Source of the DNA: Candidatus Altimarinota bacterium
GTDB taxonomy: Bacteria > Patescibacteriota > Gracilibacteria > UBA1369
Assembly: GCA_963677745.1 (NCBI GenBank)
Contig: OY782391.1
Location: forward strand, 512,001-576,000
Reading direction: 5' to 3'
DNA: 64,000 nucleotides
Shown here: positions 9,404-19,337 of the stretch, in pieces
Layout: each line of letters begins with the position of its first letter
How positions within the stretch are numbered: position 1 is the stretch's first letter
The notes under the pieces: model-generated
Databases searched by the model: none
Told to the model about the DNA's origin: nothing
What the model saw: only the letters and a program-made list of their open reading frames with translations
Made by a program: the position numbers and the translations under genes

Positions 9404-10888
9404 ATGTATAAAAAGACTTTTCTTCCGTTGTTGGTTGCTCTGACACTGACTGCCTGCCAGCAACCTTCCATCGCCCCCGAACAGATTCAGCCGGAGGAGG
9501 AAGGACCGCCCCTTCTTACCGCTACCGTTCCCGGCGTCATCCCTCCGGAATTATTGGATCTGGCACCCGGTAAAGACGCTGAAGCTTTGATAATCGGCAA
9601 TCTTCCGGATAGTCTGGTTCAATCGGTTACCGACGAAAACATCAAAGCACAATTACAAAAACTAAAGGGAGGTGTTTTGGTGACCAAAAAAGACCCCCTC
9701 AAGCCCGGACTGCCGTATGTCTGGTTGGGAATAGTATTTCGTGACGAAGCAGCCGCTCAGGAAGCCCTGGATTTTTATCAAAAAAGCAGTTTCATCTCAT
9801 CTACCACCAAGGAACAGTTGGCCCTGGAAAGACAACAGAACCTCCTGGTCAGCAAAAAAGAAAATTCCGCCAGATTCCTTGGAAAATTGTCTGAACATTC
9901 GGAACTTTCAAAAATTACCGGCCTGACTCCCCAACCAATCTTCTTCGCCTACCAGAATTCGACGCGTATTCCCGAGCTCAATCTGACCCTGAAGTCACAG
10001 TCCCCCATCCTGATCGATCCCTTGAACAATCCCGACCTAAGCGCGGTTTTCAACGCCGCCACCTTCTCGGCCAAAGAGCTGACCACCCTCGGAGAATGGC
10101 AGGACAACCAACTCAAACTGACGGTCAAAGATGTTTTGATTTCCGACCAGAAAATACTGGGCAACCTGATGCTTTCCACACTTTTCCCTGCCAACAACAC
10201 CCAACCCGTAACCGAAGAACAAAAAACCTTCGTCTCCAGCACCGTCCAAAGCACCCTTGATGAATACAAGGAAGTTTACACAAACAAACTGTCCGCTGTG
10301 AAAACCTTTATTGAGCAGAAAAATTCCGAATACCCGGAACTGATTTCCCTTCTGGATTTAAAACCGGCCCAGCTTGATCTAACCTTGCTGGTAAAACCGC
10401 CGGCACTGGAAAATTTTTACGGGCAAATGGTTGCCGGATGGAATTACAATGAAAACAAAGCAAAGAACTACAATAAACAAACCATCCTAAGCGACATCAT
10501 GACCGCCCTGGACCAGTACCGGATACAAAACAACCGCTATCCCGAAAACGACGGCTGTCTGGAAAATGTTCTGGAAATCAAAACCTTCGTCAAAAACAAT
10601 GTTATTCCCAAAGATCCCCAAGGTCCCCAGAAATTCGGAGACACTCTTTGCAAAAGCGGATTTTTACTGCAAAAAATCAACGACGATAACTATATCCTCT
10701 GGGCAAAGACGGAAGGGGAAAAACAGGGTAACACCGAGTGGCCCGAAACTGACACAAGCGCCGGTAAAGGTAATTTCTATATAATCAAATTGGAATATCT
10801 GCCTGCTTTGGAACAACCGCTGCTCGAAGAACCTCCTCTGGAAGAAGAAGTGATTCCCAATAAGCCCAAGGTGAAAAGACCTCTCTAG
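9404..10888 (+). CDS. Lipoprotein with a C-terminal pilin/T2SS-G-like domain
   Basis: LTAC lipobox; LSDIMTALDQYRIQNNRYP...PKDP...YILWAKTE resembles a pseudopilin head. Confidence 0.6.
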   Translation: MYKKTFLPLLVALTLTACQQPSIAPEQIQPEEEGPPLLTATVPGVIPPELLDLAPGKDAEALIIGNLPDSLVQSVTDENIKAQLQKLKGGVLVTKKDPLKPGLPYVWLGIVFRDEAAAQEALDFYQKSSFISSTTKEQLALERQQNLLVSKKENSARFLGKLSEHSELSKITGLTPQPIFFAYQNSTRIPELNLTLKSQSPILIDPLNNPDLSAVFNAATFSAKELTTLGEWQDNQLKLTVKDVLISDQKILGNLMLSTLFPANNTQPVTEEQKTFVSSTVQSTLDEYKEVYTNKLSAVKTFIEQKNSEYPELISLLDLKPAQLDLTLLVKPPALENFYGQMVAGWNYNENKAKNYNKQTILSDIMTALDQYRIQNNRYPENDGCLENVLEIKTFVKNNVIPKDPQGPQKFGDTLCKSGFLLQKINDDNYILWAKTEGEKQGNTEWPETDTSAGKGNFYIIKLEYLPALEQPLLEEPPLEEEVIPNKPKVKRPL

Positions 10889-10899
10889 AAAAACTTTTC

Positions 10900-11550
10900 T
10901 TATCCCCGTAAACTGGCAATCGCCCGCTTTCTGTCTGTTGCGCCGAATATATACGATCCGGCCACCAAAATATCCGCACCGGCCTGCCGGCAGATTTTGG
11001 CAGTTTCAGCATTTATGCCGCCATCCACTTCCACCAGTAACCGGGGACTCTTTTGTTTCAGCCATTTGATCTTCTCCACGGCCAGAGCGATGAATTTCTG
11101 TCCTCCAAATCCCGGATTGACACTCATCACCAGCACCATATCCAGCAAGGGCAAAATTGCCGAAAGACTTTCCACAGATGTCCCGGGATTTACCGCCACT
11201 GCGGCTTTCATCCCCAGCTCTTTGATTTTGGAAACCACACGGTGTAAATGCCTGCAGGCTTCCACATGAACTGTAACGGAAGCGACCCCGGCTGCTGCCA
11301 GATCATCCAGATACAACTCCGGATTCTCCACCATCAGATGGCAATCCATGGGCAGACGGGTCTTGATAAATTTTATTACCGGCGGACCAAAAGTCAGATT
11401 GGGTACAAAATGATAATCCATCACATCCAGATGGATCAGGTCGGCAAAAGGTTCTATCGAGGCAATCTCGGTGTTCAGTTTGCCGAAATCCGACGACAGA
11501 ACGGAAGGGGCCACCAGAATTCTCCTTTTTGATTTGTTAGAAACTGCCAT
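10900..11550 (-). CDS. rpe: Ribulose-phosphate 3-epimerase
   Basis: APSVLS, HLDVMD-x-HFVPNLTFG, MSVNPGFGGQKF, VDGGIN, VAGS. Confidence 0.97.
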   Translation of the reverse strand: MAVSNKSKRRILVAPSVLSSDFGKLNTEIASIEPFADLIHLDVMDYHFVPNLTFGPPVIKFIKTRLPMDCHLMVENPELYLDDLAAAGVASVTVHVEACRHLHRVVSKIKELGMKAAVAVNPGTSVESLSAILPLLDMVLVMSVNPGFGGQKFIALAVEKIKWLKQKSPRLLVEVDGGINAETAKICRQAGADILVAGSYIFGATDRKRAIASLRG

Positions 11551-11565
11551 ATTTATTTAATCTGA

Positions 11566-12054
11566 CTAAGAAACCTTCCCGTTATCGGAAACACCAGTGT
11601 TCTTCATCACCTGTTCGATCTTCTCGATACGACGCAAATGTCTCTCTTCGGCGTCAAACTTGGTATCAATAAACACATCGACAATCGCTTCGGCCAAATC
11701 GCGTCCGGTCAGTCTCTCTCCCAAACAAAGTACATTGGCATTGTTATGGGCCCTTCCCATGCGGGCTGTAATTTCGTTGTTGGCCAGTACAGCTCTGATA
11801 CCGTTTTTCCGGTTGGCAGTGATGGACATACCGACCCCGCTTCCACAGATCAAAATCCCCATTGCTCCCTTATTTTCCAAAACTTTTTCACACACTTCCC
11901 GGGCAATGTCCGGATAATCAGTGGAGTCATTGGTAAAAACACCCAGATCCAGCACGGAAGAATCATCCTTGCCCTGGAATTTCTGTTCCAGATAATCCTT
12001 AATCTCACGCTTCAGATTGATCCCGGCATGATCGGATCCCAAATAAACTTGCAT
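11566..12054 (-). CDS. rpiB: Ribose-5-phosphate isomerase B
   Basis: GSDHAG, DYPD, ICGSGVGM-x-x-x-ANR, HNNANVLCLG, RH-x-RRI. Confidence 0.97.
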   Translation of the reverse strand: MQVYLGSDHAGINLKREIKDYLEQKFQGKDDSSVLDLGVFTNDSTDYPDIAREVCEKVLENKGAMGILICGSGVGMSITANRKNGIRAVLANNEITARMGRAHNNANVLCLGERLTGRDLAEAIVDVFIDTKFDAEERHLRRIEKIEQVMKNTGVSDNGKVS

Positions 12055-12140
12055 ATATTTTGTATTAAATTATGTTTCTATATATTATAACACCGAAAGT
12101 GGCTTGTTTGAAAGGACAAAAGCAATTACAGTCAATAGCG

Positions 12141-13079
12141 ATGAATGAAAACATAAATCTGCCAAAAATCTTCGGTGAATATCTGGAAAAGCTTGGAACA
12201 AAAGCCAAAAACCTGGTAGTACTTGATTCAGATTTAAGTAACAATCTCCACACTCTCTATTTTGCCAAAGCCTTCCCCGATCGGCATTTTTCCGTGGAAA
12301 TGGCGGAAAGCAGCCTGCCCGGCTTGGCAGCCGGAATGACCGTCCGGAAAAAACTGCCTTTTATCTGCGCCGAAGCCCCGGCTCTGTTGGGTAAAAGCCT
12401 GGACATGATCAGAAATTGCATTGTCTCCCCCCATCTCAACCTAAAAATAATTCTTTCCACGGTCGGCTTGAGCCGTATTGAAGATGGCCTTGCCAAAACC
12501 TGCACCGAAGACCTCGCTATTCTAGGAGCACTTCCCAATATTAAAATATTTACCCCCGCCGACCAGTTTGAGCTGAGAGCGATGATGGATTTCATGATTA
12601 ATGATTTCGGACCGACGGTTCTGCGTATTCCCAGGCACTGCAGGGAAAATCTTCACGACAGCAATTGTGTCTTTCGTCCGGGACAACCGGAAATAGTAAA
12701 AAAAGGAGAACAAATCTGTCTTATTTCATCAGGGGCAATTCTGCACGAATGTCTAAGAGCCGCTATCGACCTCGAACACAAAGGCCTCTCCACCCAAGTC
12801 ATCAATCTGTCTTCATTGAGACCCCTGGACTCGGAAAAACTGGCTGAACTCTGTCGGAACTGTGAACTGATCCTGACTGTGGAGGATCATAGTCTGCACG
12901 GCGGAATCGGCAGCAGGGTCTGTGAAATTATGCAACATTACGGAATTCCCAAAAAACTATTGAAATTGGGGCTGGATGGATTGCCTGAATGCGGCAAATA
13001 TCAGGAAATTCTTGGAAAATACGGTCTGGACGCCAAAAATATTTACGAAACAGTCCGTGAAAACTGGCTGAAAAATTAA
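12141..13079 (+). CDS. Transketolase C-terminal subunit (degenerate active-site motifs)
   Basis: LDSDL, FPDRHF...MAE, EDG...EDLA, TVEDHSLHGGIGS; start probably ATG 12141. Confidence 0.85.
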   Translation: MNENINLPKIFGEYLEKLGTKAKNLVVLDSDLSNNLHTLYFAKAFPDRHFSVEMAESSLPGLAAGMTVRKKLPFICAEAPALLGKSLDMIRNCIVSPHLNLKIILSTVGLSRIEDGLAKTCTEDLAILGALPNIKIFTPADQFELRAMMDFMINDFGPTVLRIPRHCRENLHDSNCVFRPGQPEIVKKGEQICLISSGAILHECLRAAIDLEHKGLSTQVINLSSLRPLDSEKLAELCRNCELILTVEDHSLHGGIGSRVCEIMQHYGIPKKLLKLGLDGLPECGKYQEILGKYGLDAKNIYETVRENWLKN

Positions 13080-13133
13080 ACCAAAGCGAAAAATCAACAC
13101 CAAGCCGTCCCTCCGGACTACGGAAGTAAACCT

Positions 13134-13673
13134 TTATAGCCAGCTGACTTTATCACCGGTTTTAATCCCCAGTTTGTCGGTCAGACCGGCGTTAACTTCC
13201 AAAACATACCTGGCCGGCATTTCCGAGCCGTATAAAAGACAGGCCTGATCGGACTGATCAACGCAAGGCAGAGCCTTTTTGGCAACGTGTTTGATATAAC
13301 CGCTCTCATCAATAAAAATCATATCCAGTGCGATCAGCGTGTTTTTCATCCAGAAATTCAGATAGCCCTGTTTCTCAAAAATAAACAGCATCCCTTTGTT
13401 TTCGTCCAGACTTTTTCTGTTCATCAAACCGACTTTCCGCTGGGCATCAGTGGCAGCCACCTCCACTTCCAGCTGATGGTTGTTATTTCCCGAAGTGATA
13501 ACCAGTTTTTTTACAGGCAAATCAACATTCATGATAATCGGGTCATTGTTAGCTTTGGTGTCGGCAGAATCGATCTTATAATCCAGACTGTCGGTCTTTA
13601 CTTCATTCCCGGGAATTATATTGCATCCTGTCAAAAAAAGCAGCAACGACATCAAAACAATTATTTTTTTCAT
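13134..13673 (-). CDS. DUF192-family lipoprotein
   Basis: LTGC lipobox; VEVA, GLMNR, GMLFIF, FWMKNTLIALDMIFID, YVLEVNAG. Confidence 0.93.
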   Translation of the reverse strand: MKKIIVLMSLLLFLTGCNIIPGNEVKTDSLDYKIDSADTKANNDPIIMNVDLPVKKLVITSGNNNHQLEVEVAATDAQRKVGLMNRKSLDENKGMLFIFEKQGYLNFWMKNTLIALDMIFIDESGYIKHVAKKALPCVDQSDQACLLYGSEMPARYVLEVNAGLTDKLGIKTGDKVSWL

Positions 13674-13740
13674 AGAATTTTATTACTGCGCATAAATCTA
13701 AAACTATCGGCCGTTTTGTCAATATATATAGTATGGCCGT

Positions 13741-14205
13741 TTAGGGATAAATATAGCGTCCATAAATTTGATCAAGTCTGACATAAGGATAAACAAATGT
13801 GCGCGAATCTTTGCTATGGAAACGGTTATCCCCGAAAACCAGATACTCGCCGGAAGGTACCAGGAAAAAACGTTCATCTCCGTAATTAAAATGCTGTGCC
13901 ATCAAATAAGGTTCGGCCAAAACATCATAACCGCCTTCCTGATTTTTAATCATTACCTGATCAGCTTTGATTTTAATTGTTTCTCCCGGTAAGCCCACCA
14001 CCCTTTTGACGTAATAATATTGATCGTCAAAGCTAAAAACGACTATATCCCCCCGCTTCAGGGGATGATTGCCCTGAATCTGACGGTCGATCAAAAAAAG
14101 TTCCCGGTCGTGGAGTGTGGGATCCATAGACTGACCTTCGACCAAGAACGGACTAATAAACATCAATCTGGCTATCAGGACCGCACAAAACAAAAAACTG
14201 CTCAT
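13741..14205 (-). CDS. lepB: Signal peptidase I
   Basis: GQSMDPTL, RGDIVVF, YVKRVVGLPGE, GDNR-x-x-S-x-DSR. Confidence 0.93.
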   Translation of the reverse strand: MSSFLFCAVLIARLMFISPFLVEGQSMDPTLHDRELFLIDRQIQGNHPLKRGDIVVFSFDDQYYYVKRVVGLPGETIKIKADQVMIKNQEGGYDVLAEPYLMAQHFNYGDERFFLVPSGEYLVFGDNRFHSKDSRTFVYPYVRLDQIYGRYIYP

Positions 14206-14214
14206 TTTAATAAT

Positions 14215-15066
14215 TTATTCGATTTTTTTCTCCAGTGAAGCAAGCGCCTCAGCCAACTCTTCGCGACTCAGCGGCTGATCGTGATAAAAACTTTTATTCT
14301 CGGCAAAATCCACCCCCTTGGCTTTGACCGTCTTGGCAATTATGGCAACCGGCAGACGGGTTTCCACTACAGCTTTCTCCAGGGCTCCCAGCAGCTGATC
14401 AAAATCATGGCCGGCAAAAACATTGATGGTGCGAAACCCGAAAGCCTCCAGTTTATCGGAAAGCGGATCGGCAATGTTAAGATTTCTGACTATCCCGTCC
14501 TGTTGTATGCCATTTCTGTCCACCATCAGCACAAAGTTGCCCAGCTTGGCGTGTCCGGCCTCCAACAAAGACTCCCAGGCAGTGCCGTTAACCATCTCGG
14601 CATCGCCGGCCAGAACAAATACTTTGTTCCGGGAACGTTCTGCTTTGAGTGCCAGTGAAAGTCCGACTGCGCTGGCAATCCCCTGCCCGGCCAGACCAGC
14701 CGCCAGCGGTACACCGGGAATTTTCGATCTGGGCATGGCGGTAAGCAGAGCCCCGGTTGCCTTGAAATAATTAAGCTCATCAGCAGGAAAATAACCAAGA
14801 TCGGCCAAAATGGCATACCAGGCCGGTGCCGCACCGGATTTTGACAGAACAAAATAATCCTGTTCCCCGGAATTGGGGTTGCCTGGGTCAATATTCAGAA
14901 GCGGACCGGAAGAAGTTTGCCCATAGTAAAGCGCGGTCAGCAGTTCCACGCAGGACAAAGCGCTTCCCACAGCCCCCGACTCGGCAGCGGTAATCATTTT
15001 GAGAGTTTCTATCCTGATTTCGGTGGCCTTCCTCCGCAGAGCGGCCAGATATTCCTGAAAAGACAT
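14215..15066 (-). CDS. Transketolase N-terminal subunit (degenerate active-site motifs)
   Basis: Overall layout LS-x-x-E...DYFVLSK, GQG, GD-x-E...WE, DRNGIQQDG, GHD, KTVK is retained; key His residues are substituted. Confidence 0.85.
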   Translation of the reverse strand: MSFQEYLAALRRKATEIRIETLKMITAAESGAVGSALSCVELLTALYYGQTSSGPLLNIDPGNPNSGEQDYFVLSKSGAAPAWYAILADLGYFPADELNYFKATGALLTAMPRSKIPGVPLAAGLAGQGIASAVGLSLALKAERSRNKVFVLAGDAEMVNGTAWESLLEAGHAKLGNFVLMVDRNGIQQDGIVRNLNIADPLSDKLEAFGFRTINVFAGHDFDQLLGALEKAVVETRLPVAIIAKTVKAKGVDFAENKSFYHDQPLSREELAEALASLEKKIE

Positions 15067-15197
15067 AATATTAATTTATCCAAAAGCAGGTTATATCCTT
15101 TGCTTCTGCCAGGCAAGACCTGCTTGGCAAAAAAGATAGTCTTGATGATGCCAATTTTTTACTTTAAAAGTATATCACCAAATAAATCTAAAAAATT

Positions 15198-15599
15198 ATG
15201 ATTGACGATCAAATCCAATTATCCCTGCAAAGTCTGAAAAAACTCCGGGAAGAACTGCGGGAAATTAAAAAAGACATCAAGGAAGAGGAAAAGATAGACA
15301 GTCCGGAATACCAGGATCTGGAAAAAGCACTAAAAGATTTGAAAAAACAGGTTAAGGATTTCAAAGATAAATGGATGTTGGAAATGCAAAGTGACGAGAA
15401 TTACAACAAACTCAGGGAAATCAAGATCAAGAAAGACGAGGAAATTGCCGAAGCCAACGAGAAATTATTTGAATTAATCTCCAAACTTCCCCCCAAACCG
15501 ATTGAGATGAAAATGGACACCGAGGAAGGACCGGTGCGCATTCAAATCATGCCGGAAATGAAACTTTATCTGAACGGACGGGAAGAAAAACGCCGCTAA
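15198..15599 (+). CDS. Hypothetical coiled-coil protein
   Basis: K/E-rich 133-aa ORF ending 8 nt before the next gene. Confidence 0.75.
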   Translation: MIDDQIQLSLQSLKKLREELREIKKDIKEEEKIDSPEYQDLEKALKDLKKQVKDFKDKWMLEMQSDENYNKLREIKIKKDEEIAEANEKLFELISKLPPKPIEMKMDTEEGPVRIQIMPEMKLYLNGREEKRR

Positions 15600-15607
15600 T
15601 TACACCT

Positions 15608-16903
15608 ATGGCCAAAAAGCCACCACTTATTCCGGCCGAATCTGCCCCAGACACCATCGTCATTGTCGGTGGAGGAGCAGCGGGGTTGATGGCTGCCTAC
15701 TTTGCCAAACTGAAACATGCGAATTCGACGGTGATACTGGTTGAAAAAAACTCTTATCTTGGTGCTAAAATCCTCCTCTCCGGAGGCGGAAGATGCAACG
15801 TCACCACCGGCCTGCAATCGGTACCGGAAATCCTCAAAAACTACCCCCGGGGAGCTGATTTTCTGCGGACCGCCATGCAGCAATTCCCGCCCCGGGCCGT
15901 CATGGACTGGTTTGAATCACAGGGAGTCCCTCTTAAAACCGAGCCTGACCGAAGAGTGTTCCCGGTTTCCAACGATGGAAAAGATATTGTTAAAGCCTTG
16001 GAAAACGCACTTATCCAAGCCGGAGTAAAAATTCTGCGGAACCAGCAGCTGACATCGGTAGAAAATTTACCTGATCAAAAATTCAAACTCATTTTTAATA
16101 ACAGGCAGGATATATCGACAGACCGGCTGATCATTACAACCGGCGGCAATGCCTACCGGCAAACGGGATCAACAGGTGACGGTTACACCTTCGCCACTCA
16201 GCTGGGCCATCATATCACCCGTCTTTTCCCCTCCCTGGCTGCGCTAAGAACCTCCGAGGACTGGTCACATCAGTTAAGCGGAATCTCTTTCCCCTCGGCC
16301 GCACTAACCTTAAAAACATCCTCCCATGATTATCAGCGCCTGGGACCTTTTCTCTTTACCCATCAGGGTGTGACCGGCCCGGCCGTTTTTACACTCTCCA
16401 GCCTATCGGCCTTTGATACTATCGACCCCGGTAAACCCGCCCGCCTGTTCATAGATTTTTTCCCCGATCAAACGGCCGAAAAACTTTTACAAATGCTCGA
16501 TCAAAAAATTGACGCCAACCCCGGCAAGAAAACCGGCAATCTGATTGCCCTGTTTCTGCCTCATTCTCTCGCCGAAAAAATTGTGGACGTTCTTTTATCT
16601 CCGGCTTTTCCGGAAAAACAGTTGACCACAGTTAACGCCGCCAATCTGCCAAAAGCCGTACGGCGGAAAATTGTCGCCACTTTCAAAGAATTACCACTTA
16701 CCGTGATCAGCCGCAGTGCCGGCGATGAGTTTGTCACGGCGGGAGGAGTTGATATAAACGAAGTAAACCCGAAGACAATGGAATCACAGCTGCGCCCCGG
16801 ACTGTTCTTGGCCGGCGAATTGCTGGATATCGACGGTTTCACGGGAGGATTCAATCTGCAGGCCAGCTGGGCTACCGGTGCACTGGCCGGCGAATCAGTT
16901 TAA
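15608..16903 (+). CDS. HI0933/BaiN/YhiN-family FAD-dependent oxidoreductase
   Basis: GGGAAG, KILLSGGGRCNVT, RVFP, GSTGDG, LFTHQGVTGP, VTAGGV, TGGFNLQ. Confidence 0.93.
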   Translation: MAKKPPLIPAESAPDTIVIVGGGAAGLMAAYFAKLKHANSTVILVEKNSYLGAKILLSGGGRCNVTTGLQSVPEILKNYPRGADFLRTAMQQFPPRAVMDWFESQGVPLKTEPDRRVFPVSNDGKDIVKALENALIQAGVKILRNQQLTSVENLPDQKFKLIFNNRQDISTDRLIITTGGNAYRQTGSTGDGYTFATQLGHHITRLFPSLAALRTSEDWSHQLSGISFPSAALTLKTSSHDYQRLGPFLFTHQGVTGPAVFTLSSLSAFDTIDPGKPARLFIDFFPDQTAEKLLQMLDQKIDANPGKKTGNLIALFLPHSLAEKIVDVLLSPAFPEKQLTTVNAANLPKAVRRKIVATFKELPLTVISRSAGDEFVTAGGVDINEVNPKTMESQLRPGLFLAGELLDIDGFTGGFNLQASWATGALAGESV

Positions 16904-16920
16904 ACATCTCCCGACAACAG

Positions 16921-16967
16921 AATGCAAAATAAACTTATCTTGCATTAAATTTGATAATGGGTAAAAT
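16921..16967 (+). promoter_or_regulatory. Promoter with an operator-like inverted repeat overlapping the -35 element
   Basis: IR aatgcaa-a-ataa-ac-ttat-c-ttgcatt (16921-16946); TTGCAT-16 nt-TAAAAT (16940-16967). Confidence 0.5.
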
Positions 16968-17056
16968 CAGCACCTGCTCATAATCTGGCTGCAAAGTCAT
17001 GGTTATAGGGCGATCTTCGACAGGGACAGACAAACTGAGAGGAAGGGAAAATTCAC

Positions 17057-17626
17057 ATGAACTCGGTGAACGGAATTCATCACAACGACGTGCTGTACGT
17101 TCTGCAGCTGATGGGAGACTATGTGCGGGCGGGCAAACGGCCCAAGCCCAGCCACCCGGTCTCGATCAGGCTCTGCAAGCTGATCATCAGCGCCAACGTC
17201 TTCACGCTCTATTGTGAAGAAGTCAAGATGCGACTGGATGTGCTACACAACAGGTACAGCGACCGGAACCCGGTCGGTCTGAAACACCAGCAAATGGAGG
17301 AGTTTCAGCTGGTATTGCCTCAATACGACCGGCTTCACTCCGTCGCCCACGGGCTGGACATGTGGGAAAGCATGAACCCCGAGACCTTCGGCGCCAATGC
17401 TTTGGAGCGGATCAATCAGCTCCGGCATCTGGACAGGAACGTCTTCCAGCTGCTCATCAACAAGGGACTGACCCGCGAGTTGGCAGAGGATGCTCTGATC
17501 TTTTCCGGCCGTGAGCTGATTGATCCGGAGATGACCTGCTACCGCGACGTCCCCACTGAGTCCAGCCTCTTGTCCCCCTCGAACAGCACCGGGAGCAAAC
17601 GGGAAACCGACTGCTTCCGGCGCTGA
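17057..17626 (+). CDS. Hypothetical protein, GC-rich relative to its flanks
   Basis: 189-aa ORF with purine-rich SD-like gagaggaaggg upstream and C/G-ending codon bias. Confidence 0.7.
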   Translation: MNSVNGIHHNDVLYVLQLMGDYVRAGKRPKPSHPVSIRLCKLIISANVFTLYCEEVKMRLDVLHNRYSDRNPVGLKHQQMEEFQLVLPQYDRLHSVAHGLDMWESMNPETFGANALERINQLRHLDRNVFQLLINKGLTRELAEDALIFSGRELIDPEMTCYRDVPTESSLLSPSNSTGSKRETDCFRR

Positions 17627-17635
17627 CCAACCAAA

Positions 17636-17672
17636 CGCCGCCCTGCCGTCATAAGTGACGGGCAGGGCGGCG
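17636..17672. terminator. Strong GC-rich hairpin between convergent genes
   Basis: cgccgccctgcc-gtca-taag-tgac-g-ggcagggcggcg; only a weak T tract, on the minus strand. Confidence 0.6.
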
Positions 17673-17702
17673 CAATCCAATCTCTAAAATTCTATTTTAT
17701 CA

Positions 17703-18194
17703 TCACTCCCCCCGCTCTTCCGTGTGATAAACATGTTCGAATTCTGTTTTGTCGTATTCCAGTATTTCGTCCTCCTTGAAAAATCTGGGAACTTCTTTCA
17801 TGGCCGTCTCAACGGAATCCGAAGCATGAACAACATTGCAGGTCAAACTCATGGCAAAATCACCGCGGATTGAACCGGCCTCCGCGTCTCGCGCCTTGGT
17901 GATTCCGACAATTTTCCGGACAGCTGATACTACCTCCAGACCTTCCAGACAGATGGCAATTACCGGTGATTTTCTCATAAAGTGGCTGACACCGGGGAAA
18001 AAAGGTTTATCTGCTATATGCGCATAATGTTCACGCAACAAAGCTTCATCCAAAGTCATCATCTTGACCCCGGAAATTTTCAGGCCCTTTCTTTCAAATC
18101 TCCTGAATACCTCTCCCACCAGTCCCCGCTGAATGCCGTCCGGCTTGATTAAAATCAATGTTTTCTCGTGTATTCCAGCAAAATTCATTGGCAT
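17703..18194 (-). CDS. ndk: Nucleoside diphosphate kinase
   Basis: TLILIKPDGIQRGLVGE, HY-x-HI-x-DKPFF, GSIRGDF, NVVHASDS; start at ATG 18194 or 18188. Confidence 0.96.
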   Translation of the reverse strand: MPMNFAGIHEKTLILIKPDGIQRGLVGEVFRRFERKGLKISGVKMMTLDEALLREHYAHIADKPFFPGVSHFMRKSPVIAICLEGLEVVSAVRKIVGITKARDAEAGSIRGDFAMSLTCNVVHASDSVETAMKEVPRFFKEDEILEYDKTEFEHVYHTEERGE

Positions 18195-18299
18195 AAAAAT
18201 ATCGTTTAAAAAATAAATTTCGCGCGAATTATAATAGAAAGGCGAACAATTGTCACCTTTGGAATTACCAGCTTTGAACATTTCAGAAAACTGGAACTT

Positions 18300-19232
18300 T
18301 TAGCCGGCAGCTCCTTCCGCTTCTTGTGGATTATCAATATCAGCGCGCCCTGCTGCCTGCACAAACTTGCTATTTTTCCAGGCTTTATGAGCTCTTAAAA
18401 ATTTCTGCACCTGAGTTATTTGTTCATTTTCCTTTTCACCTTCGGCTGAATATTTCTCAAAAATTGTCACCGGCATGCCCGTAAACACATCGCTGATGCG
18501 ATTCCGTACCGATTCCAGATAAATACCGACCGGACGATAGATTTCCGCGTATTCCAGAAGTTTTCCGACCTGGTTGCCCGCCACGTTGCTGGCCAGCCAC
18601 TGCAGAGACTCCCTCAATTCCGACTCCAGTTCGGGAGACAACCCTCTCATCACTTTTCCCGGTGGTCTGCTGCTGGCTGTCCAGGCGTTTAAACCGCTGC
18701 GCATATACCCGACTCTTTCAATGGCATTAAAAATTTTTCCCAAGCGGGAATCTCTGTCTTTTACCGTGGAATACACCTGCATCAAGGTTTCCCGGGACAA
18801 TTTTCCACCCAGCATCCGCTTCAGTAAAAATGTCATCATATGGGCTTCCTCTTCATCTTCAACTACGGTTTTCTGATCAAATGATTTATCATCAGTAATC
18901 GATTCAGCCCAGTCATGGACTTCGGAAGCCAGTACCATGATCTGAGAATCCGTACGGTTCAAAGCTTTTTCGGGATCTTGATGTTTCAAAAAAGATCTGG
19001 TCAGACCGGCAATCAGAGGCATATGTTTCAGATTGTTCATATCGGCTCCCAAAGGAGCTCCAATCCAGGCTTCCCTGGAAATTGAAGCTGGTTTAAAACG
19101 AAGCCAGCGCAATTGCCCATCCAGATGCTGACCAAAATGAGACTGGGCAAACTTATCGTGTATTTCAGAAAATTTTATTTCTCCACCATCAACCGTGTCT
19201 ATAGAATTTGGCACATGTATCTCTTTCCCCAT
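18300..19232 (-). CDS. HD-domain protein (YfbR-like)
   Basis: RW-x-R, N-x-x-H, VHDWAESITDD motif. Confidence 0.65.
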   Translation of the reverse strand: MGKEIHVPNSIDTVDGGEIKFSEIHDKFAQSHFGQHLDGQLRWLRFKPASISREAWIGAPLGADMNNLKHMPLIAGLTRSFLKHQDPEKALNRTDSQIMVLASEVHDWAESITDDKSFDQKTVVEDEEEAHMMTFLLKRMLGGKLSRETLMQVYSTVKDRDSRLGKIFNAIERVGYMRSGLNAWTASSRPPGKVMRGLSPELESELRESLQWLASNVAGNQVGKLLEYAEIYRPVGIYLESVRNRISDVFTGMPVTIFEKYSAEGEKENEQITQVQKFLRAHKAWKNSKFVQAAGRADIDNPQEAEGAAG

Positions 19233-19337
19233 ATATGTATGTTAAATATAGGCAGAATCCAGCGCCTCAATCTTAGCACAAAGTTAGAGTTTTGCAACAA
19301 TTTGTGGATATATCAAGGGCGTGGCCGAAAACTGCCT

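Noticed and set aside
17636-17672. Integron attC site
   Set aside because: No RYYYAAC/GTTRRRY ends and no integron integrase.
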